Made by a program: the position numbers and the translations under genes. The notes under the pieces were generated by a model that had not been told where the DNA came from, made no database searches, and was given only the letters and a program-made list of their open reading frames with translations. A stretch of 64,000 nucleotides of DNA from Monocercomonoides exilis PA203 (taxonomy: Eukaryota; Protista; Preaxostyla): NCBI GenBank assembly GCA_001643675.2, contig LSRY02000035.1:744001-808000 (forward strand). The letters are read 5' to 3'. Of this stretch, positions 9,374-20,128 are shown in pieces. Every line of letters begins with the position of its first letter. Position 1 is the stretch's first letter.

Positions 9374-12300
9374 AGGAAGTAACGAAAGCTACGGAGAAAG
9401 AGTCGCAGCCAGATCAGATCATTGGAGGAAGGACCGTGCTGTTTTTAAAGGCATGGGAAGAGATTGGAGGAGGAGATTTGATCCGAAATGGGATACAAGC
9501 GATGTGGAAGAACAGAAGAGAAAGAGAGAAACTTTCAAAGATGTCGTACAGAGATGGAGCCGAGCGAACAAGCGAGGAGCACAGAAGAGCCTTCAAGGAT
9601 TTGTTGGAGGAACAGACGAGGAACGGAATAGTGGAGGAGATAAATCAGGAAGATGTCAAACACAGGAACAACGTATTCCTAATCAAGAAGAAGAACGGAA
9701 CCTGGAGACAGATCTTAGACTGTCGTCGTTTGAATGCAGCGGTCCTCAGAACGCATTTCAAATGCGACAACGAGAGAACAGTGGAGAGAATATTGCTGAA
9801 AGAAGATTGGGCAGTGACAATAGACCTTCATCAGGCGTATTATCTTCTCCCAGTTTCAAAGAATCTCAAACCATATCTCGCTTTCAGATTTCTCGGAAAA
9901 GATTACGTATTCAAAGGAATGCCTTTCGGATTCGTAGATGCACCCAGAATATTCACACATGTGATGAGGAAAGTGACGAAGGAAATAAGAAGAAGATGGC
10001 ATGTGCGGTTGGTAGCCTATTTGGACGATCTGCTCATATTACATCAAGATCAAATGCATTTAAGAAGAATTACGGAGGAAATTGTGCAGTTTTTAGAGTC
10101 GCTTGGGCTGCTAGTAAACAAGGAAAAAAGCCACCTATCTGCCAGCAGAGAGTTTGTTTACCTCGGATACAGATGGAACACGGAAATGATGGAGGTTCAG
10201 TTGACGGAGGACAGAAGACTTGTATTGATGAAAGAAGTGGACAAATGGAAAGTGAAAGCAGTGAAAGCCAAGAAGGTGAGAATAAGAGATCTCGCCTCGT
10301 TCATTGGAAAACTCAGCGCAATTCGTTTCGTTCAGCAAGACGCTTCCCTATGGCTGCATTCCATGTATCGCCTCTTACAAAAAGGATTGGAGTTGCAAGG
10401 ATGGAACGGACAGATGAGAATCAACGCATCTATTATACAGCAGATTCTGCAATGGAGGAAGATATTGAAATCACGCCCTCGACGCAAGCTGATTCCAGTG
10501 TTTGTCCCACAGGCAGTAATGACAACAGATGCATCGGAGGTGGCGTGGGGTGCTACGCTGTCAATCAACAACCAACTGTTAGACGCGCACAGTCGGTTTC
10601 CACAGCAACTTACGAAACAATCGTCGAATTGCAGGGAGCTAATGGCGGTGTGGTTAGCTCTCAACCATTTTGGCCCAGCGCTTCAGAGGAACGGAATCAG
10701 TCGGCTGCATCTGAGGTCGGACAACACAGCGGTTGTCTACAATATAAACAGATGGAATGCAGGAAAGAACTTGAGACCCGTGCTGAGAAAGATATGGAGA
10801 TGGAAGGAAGAAACACATATACAGATGAGAGCCACACACATCCCAGGCATCAAGAACACAAGGGCAGACGCGCTGTCAAGACTAGAGAGAGCAGGGGATT
10901 ACGAAGTGCGAGCAGAAGATCTGCCGGAGATTCTGAAGATAGCTCAGAGGACACCAACACTGGATGCGTTTGCGGCAGTTCACAATCACAAGTTGGAGAG
11001 ATGGTGTGGCATCAACAGTCCGATTGCAGAGGATGGTCTCATAGTTCCATGGAAAGACGAAGTTGTTTTGGCTCACCCTCCTGTGCCGCTGATTGTACCA
11101 ACGATTCAGAAAGCGATGAGGGAGAAAGCACAAGTGATCTTACTCCTGCCGAACTGGAGAGGCCAGAACTGGGACGCTCTTTTGAAGTCGATACCACACA
11201 GGAGCTGGGACTGGAAGCTGCAGAAGGAAGTCTTACGGAAAGGCCCTTCAATGCAATGGACGAATGCCAGTCTTCCTCCAGGACGGTTGAGGATCGTGTT
11301 GTTGAATCCATACAGCGTGACGGAGAAGAATGGTGGAAACGCGCTTTGGAGCAGAAAGCTTTCTCAACAAATCTTGCAGAGGAATGCCGCAAGGGAATAG
11401 CGGAGACAACATGGAGAGGATACCTCTTTGGCTTTGCACATTTTGGAAAGCAATGGGAAGAATGTGGACACAAAGAAATACCAGACAATATTTTCGATTG
11501 GGCATCGAATTGCGCAAATGTATTTTTATCCCTTAGAAATGGCGGAATGTCGCTTACGTGCCTACAAATAACAAGAGCTGCAGTTTCTTTTTATTCCAGT
11601 CTCGTTTTCAATACGTGCTTAGGAGATATCCCACTCATAAAGATGCTATTCAGAGCATTCAGAAGAACAAACAGATCAAAGAAGAAGGAAAACAGAGAAA
11701 TTTGGAACCCACAGACGTTGTTGAAGTATTTCGCAGATCAGGGACCGAATGAGACATTGAGCTTTAAGCAACTGACAATAAAGGTTATTGTGTTAACAAT
11801 GTTATTTTCAGCCTGCAGATTTACAGAGCTTGAGAGAATAGACATGAGAAATTCAAGGTTTAAAGAAGAAGGAATATATCTTGACACGAGACTGAAGACT
11901 TCGGAAACACGCACAGAGATTGCCGTTCCGTATTTACCAGAGTTGCCACTTATTTGTCCTGCTTTCGCGATTAAGACCTTATGGGAGAGAGTGAAACAAG
12001 CTAACCCAAACACAAACAGTCTGCTTCTAAATACAAACACTTTTGCCCCATTGACAGCTGGAGGGATTCGCAAACTTGCCAAGGAAGCACTGACCAACGC
12101 AGGGATACCAGACACATTCACTCCATATTCCATCAAGGCAGCTTCGATTTCGGCTTTGACAATGGCAGGTATTCCTCCGGTGCAGATTGCAAAGTTTGCT
12201 CGCCTTTCGCCACAAACAAACACATTAGTTAAACATTACTTTAGGGCGGATTTGGCATCATCAATGGGCAGGGTGATTGCTTCATCATCAGAAGGAACGA

Positions 12301-12617
12301 CAAAGCAGGCGCAGCGTGCTGAAGAAGACAAACAGAGAGGAATGAAAGAAAGACAGAACAATGATGAAAAGAAGGTTGCAATTGTGAGAAAGCAGTTCAA
12401 TATGAGACAAAGAAATGACAGAAACCAAGCGACAGATTTCTCCCAAGCAATAAAGCCTTCGAAGATTGAAGAACCAAAGGAAGATGGAAGAGAGGATACA
12501 GAATATGACAAAAGGTTTATTATCAGAACAAGAGCTCAATCAAAGAAAGAAGAAATTCAGAAGGAATGGAAAGTGTCAAAAGCTGTAGTCATGATGGTAT
12601 CAGAAATGCCCAACTAA
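9228..12617 (+). CDS. DIRS tyrosine-recombinase ORF with a long N-terminal region overlapping the RT ORF
   Basis: Open from at least 9162; first ATG at 9228. C-terminal YR motifs LFSACRFTEL, TRLKTS, ICPAFAI, FTPYSIKAAS, LVKHYFR, preceded by a SAM-like core-binding region (TWRGY...RAAVSFY). Confidence 0.88.
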   Translation: MKPVQLRRRQKEEQVRSFFVTGPALSQEGEAMEAEQKQQDGPVGVGVSKGSNESYGERVAARSDHWRKDRAVFKGMGRDWRRRFDPKWDTSDVEEQKRKRETFKDVVQRWSRANKRGAQKSLQGFVGGTDEERNSGGDKSGRCQTQEQRIPNQEEERNLETDLRLSSFECSGPQNAFQMRQRENSGENIAERRLGSDNRPSSGVLSSPSFKESQTISRFQISRKRLRIQRNAFRIRRCTQNIHTCDEESDEGNKKKMACAVGSLFGRSAHITSRSNAFKKNYGGNCAVFRVAWAASKQGKKPPICQQRVCLPRIQMEHGNDGGSVDGGQKTCIDERSGQMESESSESQEGENKRSRLVHWKTQRNSFRSARRFPMAAFHVSPLTKRIGVARMERTDENQRIYYTADSAMEEDIEITPSTQADSSVCPTGSNDNRCIGGGVGCYAVNQQPTVRRAQSVSTATYETIVELQGANGGVVSSQPFWPSASEERNQSAASEVGQHSGCLQYKQMECRKELETRAEKDMEMEGRNTYTDESHTHPRHQEHKGRRAVKTRESRGLRSASRRSAGDSEDSSEDTNTGCVCGSSQSQVGEMVWHQQSDCRGWSHSSMERRSCFGSPSCAADCTNDSESDEGESTSDLTPAELERPELGRSFEVDTTQELGLEAAEGSLTERPFNAMDECQSSSRTVEDRVVESIQRDGEEWWKRALEQKAFSTNLAEECRKGIAETTWRGYLFGFAHFGKQWEECGHKEIPDNIFDWASNCANVFLSLRNGGMSLTCLQITRAAVSFYSSLVFNTCLGDIPLIKMLFRAFRRTNRSKKKENREIWNPQTLLKYFADQGPNETLSFKQLTIKVIVLTMLFSACRFTELERIDMRNSRFKEEGIYLDTRLKTSETRTEIAVPYLPELPLICPAFAIKTLWERVKQANPNTNSLLLNTNTFAPLTAGGIRKLAKEALTNAGIPDTFTPYSIKAASISALTMAGIPPVQIAKFARLSPQTNTLVKHYFRADLASSMGRVIASSSEGTTKQAQRAEEDKQRGMKERQNNDEKKVAIVRKQFNMRQRNDRNQATDFSQAIKPSKIEEPKEDGREDTEYDKRFIIRTRAQSKKEEIQKEWKVSKAVVMMVSEMPN
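9346..11400 (+). CDS. DIRS pol: reverse transcriptase, RNase H and Dam-like N6-adenine methyltransferase domain (684 aa)
   Basis: RT: WRQILDCRRLN, IDLHQAY, MPFG, AYLDD (YLDD at 10018-10029), YLG. RNase H: TTDAS, RELMAV, SDN, HIPGIKNTRADALSR. MT: TLDAFA...W...LAHPPVPLI...LLLPNW. Confidence 0.95.
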   Translation: MGQSESGSLKEVTKATEKESQPDQIIGGRTVLFLKAWEEIGGGDLIRNGIQAMWKNRREREKLSKMSYRDGAERTSEEHRRAFKDLLEEQTRNGIVEEINQEDVKHRNNVFLIKKKNGTWRQILDCRRLNAAVLRTHFKCDNERTVERILLKEDWAVTIDLHQAYYLLPVSKNLKPYLAFRFLGKDYVFKGMPFGFVDAPRIFTHVMRKVTKEIRRRWHVRLVAYLDDLLILHQDQMHLRRITEEIVQFLESLGLLVNKEKSHLSASREFVYLGYRWNTEMMEVQLTEDRRLVLMKEVDKWKVKAVKAKKVRIRDLASFIGKLSAIRFVQQDASLWLHSMYRLLQKGLELQGWNGQMRINASIIQQILQWRKILKSRPRRKLIPVFVPQAVMTTDASEVAWGATLSINNQLLDAHSRFPQQLTKQSSNCRELMAVWLALNHFGPALQRNGISRLHLRSDNTAVVYNINRWNAGKNLRPVLRKIWRWKEETHIQMRATHIPGIKNTRADALSRLERAGDYEVRAEDLPEILKIAQRTPTLDAFAAVHNHKLERWCGINSPIAEDGLIVPWKDEVVLAHPPVPLIVPTIQKAMREKAQVILLLPNWRGQNWDALLKSIPHRSWDWKLQKEVLRKGPSMQWTNASLPPGRLRIVLLNPYSVTEKNGGNALWSRKLSQQILQRNAARE

Positions 12618-12621
12618 CATT

Positions 12622-12728
12622 TGATCTCAAATAAAAGAGAAGGAATTGAATGGATGTTTTTCTTGAAAATAAAGGTGCTAATGCACTTTTATTAGAAAAG
12701 AAAAACGAAATTCAATTCCTTCTCTTTT
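12622..12728 (+). repeat. Internal complementary region (ICR) of the DIRS element
   Basis: 12622-12692 is the reverse complement of the first 71 nt of the element; 12692-12728 is the reverse complement of its last 37 nt (12917-12953). Confidence 0.95.
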
Positions 12729-12874
12729 TCCCACCACCGTTTTCACTCCCAACCCCTCTTTTATATATAAGTTTTTAACATTCTCTTGTGTTCCACAATT
12801 CCTTTTCTTAGCGTTTATTTGTTTTTAAAACGCTTATTTTTTCAAACAAATGCATAAACCCTCACATCGCTACC

Positions 12875-12953
12875 ACATTGATCCTGGGCGATGGCCCATA
12901 GATCGTGATCTCAAATAAAAGAGAAGGAATTGAATTTCGTTTTTCTTTTCTAA
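12875..12953 (+). repeat. Right ITR (12875-12935) plus 3' extension (12936-12953)
   Basis: Inverted match to the left ITR; the extension is matched only by the ICR. Confidence 0.95.
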
Positions 12954-14851
12954 ACTTTTTGAAGATGTAGCACTTTTGTCTGCGAACCCAGATTAAACAA
13001 ACTGAGAAGTCAAAAAATGAAAAAAGTGAATAAAAAGTGCATGTTCAGCTGAATCGACATGAAAACGTTGTGAAAATTCATCAGTCGAAAATTTCACCTT
13101 CATCAACATCTTTTCATCTGAAAACGCGCCAGTTGCATCAGAAATGTTTCAATGGTCTTTGATTGTTTCATGCAACACACAAAATGGATTTTCTAAAAAT
13201 ATTAAAATGTTTGTGATTGTTGTTTTTTAAATTATTCCACTAGAAATACTGCAGACTTCTTCTCATTCAGCTCAACATCACCACAAGCCACTCCAATAGA
13301 GAGAGGAATTATATTCCCAATGTTTGAAAATCTTCTTCTTCATATTTTGTTGTTAACAGCCGTGTTTGACTTTCTTTTTCGCTTCTTCTTCTTTCTTAAG
13401 GATAGATAATGAGCGAAAACTGAGTTAATCTGAACAAAATCCATTCTATTGTTCATTATTCGAAAAGACATCGCCTTTGAAAAAACTTTTTTTGGAAAAC
13501 ATTTCTGACCTTCACATCAACGCAGATGAATGAAACAAAGAGAAGATGGCAAAAGAATAAAAAAGTTAAATGGAAAAGACTTTTGAAATAAGCCCAACAG
13601 AAAAGAGAGACAAGTCACTTTCACAGAAATGGATTTGGCACTTTCTTTTCACTGAGTGTTTTTTTGGAGAATCATTATCATGTTTTGACAGAACAACCAA
13701 TTTATTTCCAATTCAATTTATTGATCATTTGAAGCAGACGGCGGACATTGAACATCAGATGGTGTTTGTTTCTGCATGCTCTTCTTCTTCTTCTTCATAA
13801 GCAATTCAATAAACTCTCTCACTCACTGCTTTTTTCTTCAACATTTCATTCATCTATCAGTGCTGAGATAATTTCACAATCTCCACCTGCTTCACGAGGA
13901 TATCATCATATTCACATAAACATTCAACTTTTTCTTATCAAATTCATCACAACACGTTTGTATCCCATTCGTTAAACACATTTTATCGATTCTTTTCATC
14001 ATTTCTTTTTTTATTCCACAATTTTTAATGTCAGTTCGAGAATGACAATCAGTATATTTCATTCTCCAATTTTTGAATGGAACTGTTTCATGGAATGAAA
14101 ATTGTGCAAACTTGTAATTTTTTCTTTTTGGAAACAAAAATGTTGAATGAAGATAAAAAACTGTTTTGTTTTTTGACTTTCGTTCACTTTTTTCAGTTAA
14201 ATGAATTTTTTCCCTTTGTTTTCACTTCTTGAAAATATTTCTTTTCTCCAATTAGTGCAAAATCTAGTTGTGGATTCCATTTTCTTTTTGATTTTTTGAC
14301 GAGGCGCATTAGAAGGAGTAAAAGATAGAGTGATTGAAAAAAGCAAGTTATCTTTTGTTGCTTAGACATTTCAATCTAATCACCAAACACAAAGAGAAAG
14401 TTTCTTTATCTTTTCTTTCACATTTATTTCACAAATCCTTCATATGGGACGATATTTTCTGCTTTTTGAATTTTGTTCCATTCTGCACATTTAATTAATT
14501 TATCAATTTCAAAAAATTTCCAATGGTTTTTTGACATGAGAATGAAAGATCTCTCATGATATGGTTGTGGAAAAGGTGTGGAACAAATTGTTGTTTTTTT
14601 CATAAATGAAAGAATTGTGCCCCATATCCACATGATTTGATGAAGTCTTTTAAATAAGGGAGGAAAAAAACGATAATGCCAAAACAATTTATCTTTCGTA
14701 ATTGTTTAATTTCTTTATTTCATCAATATTTAGTGAGATACATTAAAATTTTTATAAAAGAAAGATTCAAATGATTTTCCTTCAATTTTGTGAAATTATG
14801 AAAAAAATAAATAAAAAATTTGAGAAACAAAGCCAAAATAATAGAATTTGG

Positions 14852-16265
14852 CTAAACATTTACAAAATAATCAGAAATATCCAAAGATAATTGACGGTTG
14901 TATTTTCCTTTTAGAAAATCTAATATTTCACAAAAGCTTGTAATGATATCTTCATATCCTTCTTCTTCCAACTTTTCAAATGTATTCCTTTTTGTTGCCT
15001 TTCTTTTCGCTTCTTCCATTTTGCAATCCTCCTCTTCTTTCAATTTCTTTGAAACATTCATTAAGAACAGCAAGCCATCATATGCAATTTCGTCATTCAA
15101 TGTTGGCCTCTGTATCTCCTCAAAAACAGAATCAATAGCTCTTCCTTTCAGCAAGCCATCAATTCTCATATCTCTGTTGCCTGCTACTGCTTCAAATACA
15201 CTTATGGACTGGCTGCAAATGTTTCTGAAATTATCCCTTGCCGCTCGAAATACATTTGCAACACTGTTGATTAGCCCAGCATTTCCTTCATTCCACAATT
15301 TGCAATGGAGTAAATATAACTCCAAGGTTCGTATCCATCTCAATATAATAAGCTCTTCTTTCGTATCTTTTCTTTCTTCTTCTTTTTTCTTCTTCCAATC
15401 CACACATTTCACCAGCTCTTCCATTTCTCTTGCTGCTTCTCTTCCAAAATGTAGCTCATTCACGATGACTTCTTCCAAACTATTATCGTACCTTAATCTG
15501 TTCAATAAAAACATCCAAGCCGATTGATATGCAAGCTGTGTCATATTGCTACACTCTTGATGATAAAGTGTGATCTCTTTGATTTCATCTAGGAAAAGCT
15601 CTTGTTTCAGGAACCAACAAAACAGAGAAAGAAATTTAAAAAAACCTCAAAAATAAAATAGAATACTCATACCGTATATTTGATGTTGCTCAACGTAAGC
15701 AAAGCAATTTCCACTTCTTTTTGAACTTTCTCGCTTTCCTCTTTCTTCAAAGCAACTTTCAGAAGACAAGATACACAAATTTCAGTTACTGTTTCTGGAA
15801 GGTCATCATATCCGCAATGTTAAGAAAGGAAACATTCACACAAATCAGACAAAAGCATTTTGTTCATTTCTCCTTTCTTCTTTTCTTCATCAATAATCAT
15901 CTTCTCAAATCTTTTCCTCAACGAAGATTCTTTAAATCTTAGATTCCACACACCTTTCAGCACTTTGCAATATCCAACATGCTTCAACAATAATAATACA
16001 TTTTCCATTGTCATTTTCTTTTTTTCAATCATTTGATGTATTTTATCAAACAGATCTTTTGTGAAAACGAACTTCAGTTCTTCTTCATCCATTCTATCAA
16101 TAGCTTTGTTCATTTCAATGATTTTTTGTTTCTGCACAATTTCAGAAAAATCTTCCAACCCAGAAAGCAATTCTTCAATAAAAAGGAAAGAATGAAAGAA
16201 AACCTATCATCTGAAATTCTACAAAACAATGAATGCGAACCTGTGAACTTTTTTGTGTTGTTCAT
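14852..16265 (-). pseudogene. Alpha-helical family paralog with a premature stop
   Basis: ORF 15820-16170 ends at an in-frame TAA (ECFLS*HCG), then the same frame continues ...ICVSCLLKVALKKEESEKVQKEVEIALLTLS. The following intron (GTATGAG at ~15672) lacks an AG where the paralog has one. ORF 14852-15544 is clearly homologous to 19160-19900. Confidence 0.75.
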
Positions 16266-18512
16266 CTCCAATATAATTTTTTTTGAAAAAAAATAGAATT
16301 TGAAAGCAAAGTCATTTTGCCATTCATATCGAATTTGCATATGTTTGGATAGAAGAAATGGATGTCAAATAAAATCTCAAAGAAGTCAATGAAATATCTG
16401 GAAACATACTATTCCCAATTTTAATGACGTTTTTGACTAAGAATAATAAAAAAAGTCAACGGCTTGTATATTTCTTTATTTGTTATGGATTCAAAGATCG
16501 AATAGTTTTATTTGAGCGGGAATATTCATCTGCAGATTGAGAAATCCGTGAATGAGCATTACCTGTAGAACTAGGAATATTATTTCCTGTGTGACAACAG
16601 ACAATGGTGGAGATGCAATATTTTTGGAATTCTGCCTGATGACTTTTGTCAATTGGATGGCCAAGGGAAATACACCAATTTCATCAATAACACAAAAAGA
16701 CATAATGTATGTAATTTATATTGTTCTATTGATTGTGAAGATATTTCTATCTGTATCCTTTCGAAAGTTCAGGAATCCAACTTATTGTTGAAATGGCCAA
16801 TCTCCGCTTTGTGGAGCAACACGATGAGAATGGTGCAGATTGTTATATAGCCATTGGGAAATAAAGGAATATGCGCAAATTTCATGATTTTCATTGTTTT
16901 CATTGAAATAAAGAAGAAAAAAAATTCAGATAAATTTTTTTTTCAATAAAGACAAAAAGATGATTTTCTTTGAAAGAAGGAACAATCAAAATTATATAGA
17001 ATTTTGGAGCATAATGCAGAAGGAGCAGTTTGGAATATTTTTTGGGCAAGGAAAGTGGATGGCAACATGGAAAGCAAGATATTTATTGCTAAAAAAGTCA
17101 AATAAATTATGCAATTTAATGAAATTGGAGCTCAGTGAAATTTCTGTTGAAGCACTTTCTTTTTCATTCCAATTTGAAAAGTGCGCACGCTATTTTTAGA
17201 ATATTAATCAGTGAAGCAAGTTGTTTTTCATTAAACCATTGAAACAGATGAAATGAAGATCAACAGCTTCTGCTTTGACTTATGCATTTGAAAGGATCAC
17301 GAAACTTGTGAGGATTGCTTCAATTATGTTCATCTTGCACCTTGATAATATTTGCAAGTGAAGTTGGAGAAATCTTGCTGCCTCAGTATTACAACATGAT
17401 TTTGAAGGATTTTTTTAAATTCTCTTATGTGCTCTTTTTTCAACAACATCATCTTCTTCTAAAAAACAATCTTGCTTCATTTTTTAAGAAATCGGTATAT
17501 TTTTCGTTTATAAGCTATTCGGAACAGAGAGCAAATTTCAGCCATTGAAAACCATAAGCGTTTGAAAGATATTCTTTTCCATCTTTTTCATTAGCTTCAT
17601 CAGCAACAATCTAACCATCTCAATCAAACCATTTCTATATTTTTCCATTTCATTCAATTTCAAAGTCTCCAAGTTATTCACTTGAAACGGTTGCTAATTC
17701 TTTGTTCTTCAACCAAATTGTATTTGATACCATTTTCTCTGCAAAGGCTGTCAGCATTTCTCGTCTTCTTAATATTCATGAAAACTGACTCATTTCCATT
17801 CTTAACCTTTTCATGCAAACATGTACATGTGAAAATCACTATTTCCATCATTTCTTCTTCTCTATCATCATCATCATCATCATCATCTTATTCTTCTATT
17901 TTGCGGATCTGTTTTACCCGTCGAAGCAAAAATTATTCAGTTTGTTAATTTTTTCCTTGTCTTTTTTAAATTGCTGATTTGAAATGAATAATTCAAGTCC
18001 TCTTCATTCTCTTTCTTTGAATTTAACCCGTTCATTATCATGTGATTATTTTTTGAGTTCATGTTCAGTCCATGACTTTGACAGTTTGATTGAACAAAAG
18101 CATTATCGAATATGTTTTTGAAACAAATGATATTCTAATTTTGAAAAACAATCCAATTTTTCAAATCTTTTTTTCCACAAACAATAAAGAGATGCTAGTT
18201 CGTCTGTCATTTTTATTTATCAAAACGAGCGTGAAAATGTTCACAGTATTTTTGGATAATTTCTCATTTGCTTTTCAGAATTTGTTTCAATGTTATTGAT
18301 CATTAATCCCATAATAGGAGAAGTTTTTTGAGAAAAGTGAAGATTCACTTGCCTTATTGGCACTTCCCAACAACTAGTTTCATTTAGCAATTTCATTTTT
18401 TTGCAACGATTGTTTTTCATAAAGTTACATCTGAAGTAAGATTATACTTTTCCAATTTGAAAGCGAATAATTATGAACAAAATGGATCCTTCTATTGTTG
18501 GAAAAAGAGTTG

Positions 18513-19900
18513 ATGAATTTGGAGAGTTGCTCCCGACTGAAAAATATTTTTGTTTGTGCATTTCTTTCATTTAAGCATTGCCAGGCTTCACATATTGTTA
18601 TGATGCTTGAAGTACTATTTTATGAACTGGAAGATTACGATGAGGAAGGGCAGAAACGAAAAATCGAAGAAATAAGTGGATCCATGAAAGAAACGGATGA
18701 AAATGCAATTATCCCTTTTTTCACAATCGAATTTTTCGACGAACTTAATAAAATGATTGAGGAAAAGAAAATCAATTTTGATAATGTCTTTGCGTTGCTG
18801 AAGCATATTGGATATTGCAAATTATTTTTAAACTTACGGAACTATTGCTTTAGTTATTCTTTGCTGTCTGAAAGATTTGAAAAGATGATAATCATTGAAG
18901 AGAAGAAAAAAGAAGAAAAGAATGAAAGGATTTTTGTTGATCTTTGCGAATGCTATCTCATGCTCAGCGACATATTTTCTTCAGGATTGCTTTCAATTTG
19001 CGTGCCTTGCCTTTTGAATGTTGCCTTGAAGAAAGAGGAAAGCGAGGAGGTTCAAAAAGAAGTGGAAGTGGCTCTGCTGGCTTTGAGCTGTATCTGCAAC
19101 TTGATTGTTTGAATTTTTTTTTGATGATTTAAATTATTTCTTTCTCTTTTAAAAAGTATTTGAAGCAAGAATTATATTTGAATGAAATCAAAGAAATCAT
19201 CAAATGTCATCAGGAGTATCACAATCTTACACGACTTGCCTATTTGTCTGCATGGGTTTTTTTGATTAACCGATTATTTAAAGATGGAAATTTGGAAGAA
19301 ATCATCGTGAATGATCTGAATTTTGTTAGAGATGCAAGAAGAGAATTGGAAGAGCTGATGAAAAGTATAGATTTAAAGAGAGAGAAAGAAGAAAGAAGAA
19401 AAGGAAAAGATACGAAAGAAGAGTTTTCTTTAACGATATGGCTCCGAACGTTGGAGCTTTATTTTCGTAATTGCGAATTGAGGAATGAAGAACAAGTTGA
19501 GATTTTAATCAGAGTTGTAAACGTATTTCGAGCGGCAAGGGATAATTACATAAAAATAAGTGATATGTGCATTCATTTATTAAGAAGAATGGCAGAAAAT
19601 AATGTTGTGAAGCTTGAAGACTTGCTGAAAGGAGGAGCAGTTGATGCTGTTTTACTGGAGATTAAGCAACCAACGTTGAATGACAAAATCGCATTTGACT
19701 TCTTGAGATTTTATATGATTGTTTTAAAGCGATTGAAAGAGGAGAAGGATGATGAAATGGAAGAAGCGAAAAGAAAAGTGTTGAAAATGGAAATGTTAGA
19801 AAAGTTGGATGAAGAAGGATGTGAAGATATAATCACAAGTTTTCGAAAAAAAAGTTATTATTATTACATTAAGTTTAGAAATAATTGGGATTATTTTTGA
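18513..19900 (+). CDS. Alpha-helical (ARM-like) lineage-expanded family protein, apparently intact
   Basis: Two ORFs join in frame across a 50-nt phase-0 GT-AG intron (19107-19156): ...CICNLI|YLKQELYLNEIKE. Start codon uncertain (18513 or 18600). Confidence 0.8.
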
Positions 19901-20128
19901 ATATTTAAGATTATAGTGTATTAATGTTTGATGAAATGAAATACATATTTTTTTAATATCAAAAAAAATTCAAATTTTCTTTTATGAACATTTTTACAAA
20001 GAAGAAGTCAAAGTTTTTTGAATATATTTTTTTTAAAATTAAGTTTTAATTTAACTTCATTTTAATGAAAAATAACGAATAAAAAAATCAAGTGATGAAG
20101 TTATATAATAAATATTTATTTTTTGTAA

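Larger units (their letters stand above)
8381..12953 (+). mobile_element. DIRS-type tyrosine-recombinase retrotransposon, apparently full length and intact (4573 bp)
   Basis: gag-like ORF, RT-RNaseH-MT ORF and YR ORF. Inverted terminal repeats with non-matching extensions, an ICR matching both termini, and no target-site duplication. Confidence 0.95.

Noticed and set aside
8422-12935. Four copies of ATTCAATTCCTTCTCTTTT considered as a CRISPR-like or LTR repeat
   Set aside because: The copies alternate in orientation and are fully explained by the DIRS ITRs and ICR; there are no spacers or direct LTRs.
13500-14050. Possible decayed protein-kinase fragment on the minus strand (EAGGD- and KSDL-like pieces)
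   Set aside because: No HRD, DFG or APE motifs are recoverable; too degenerate to support.
16400-18400. Short ORFs and coding-like composition
   Set aside because: No recognisable motif or consistent frame; probably old pseudogene debris.
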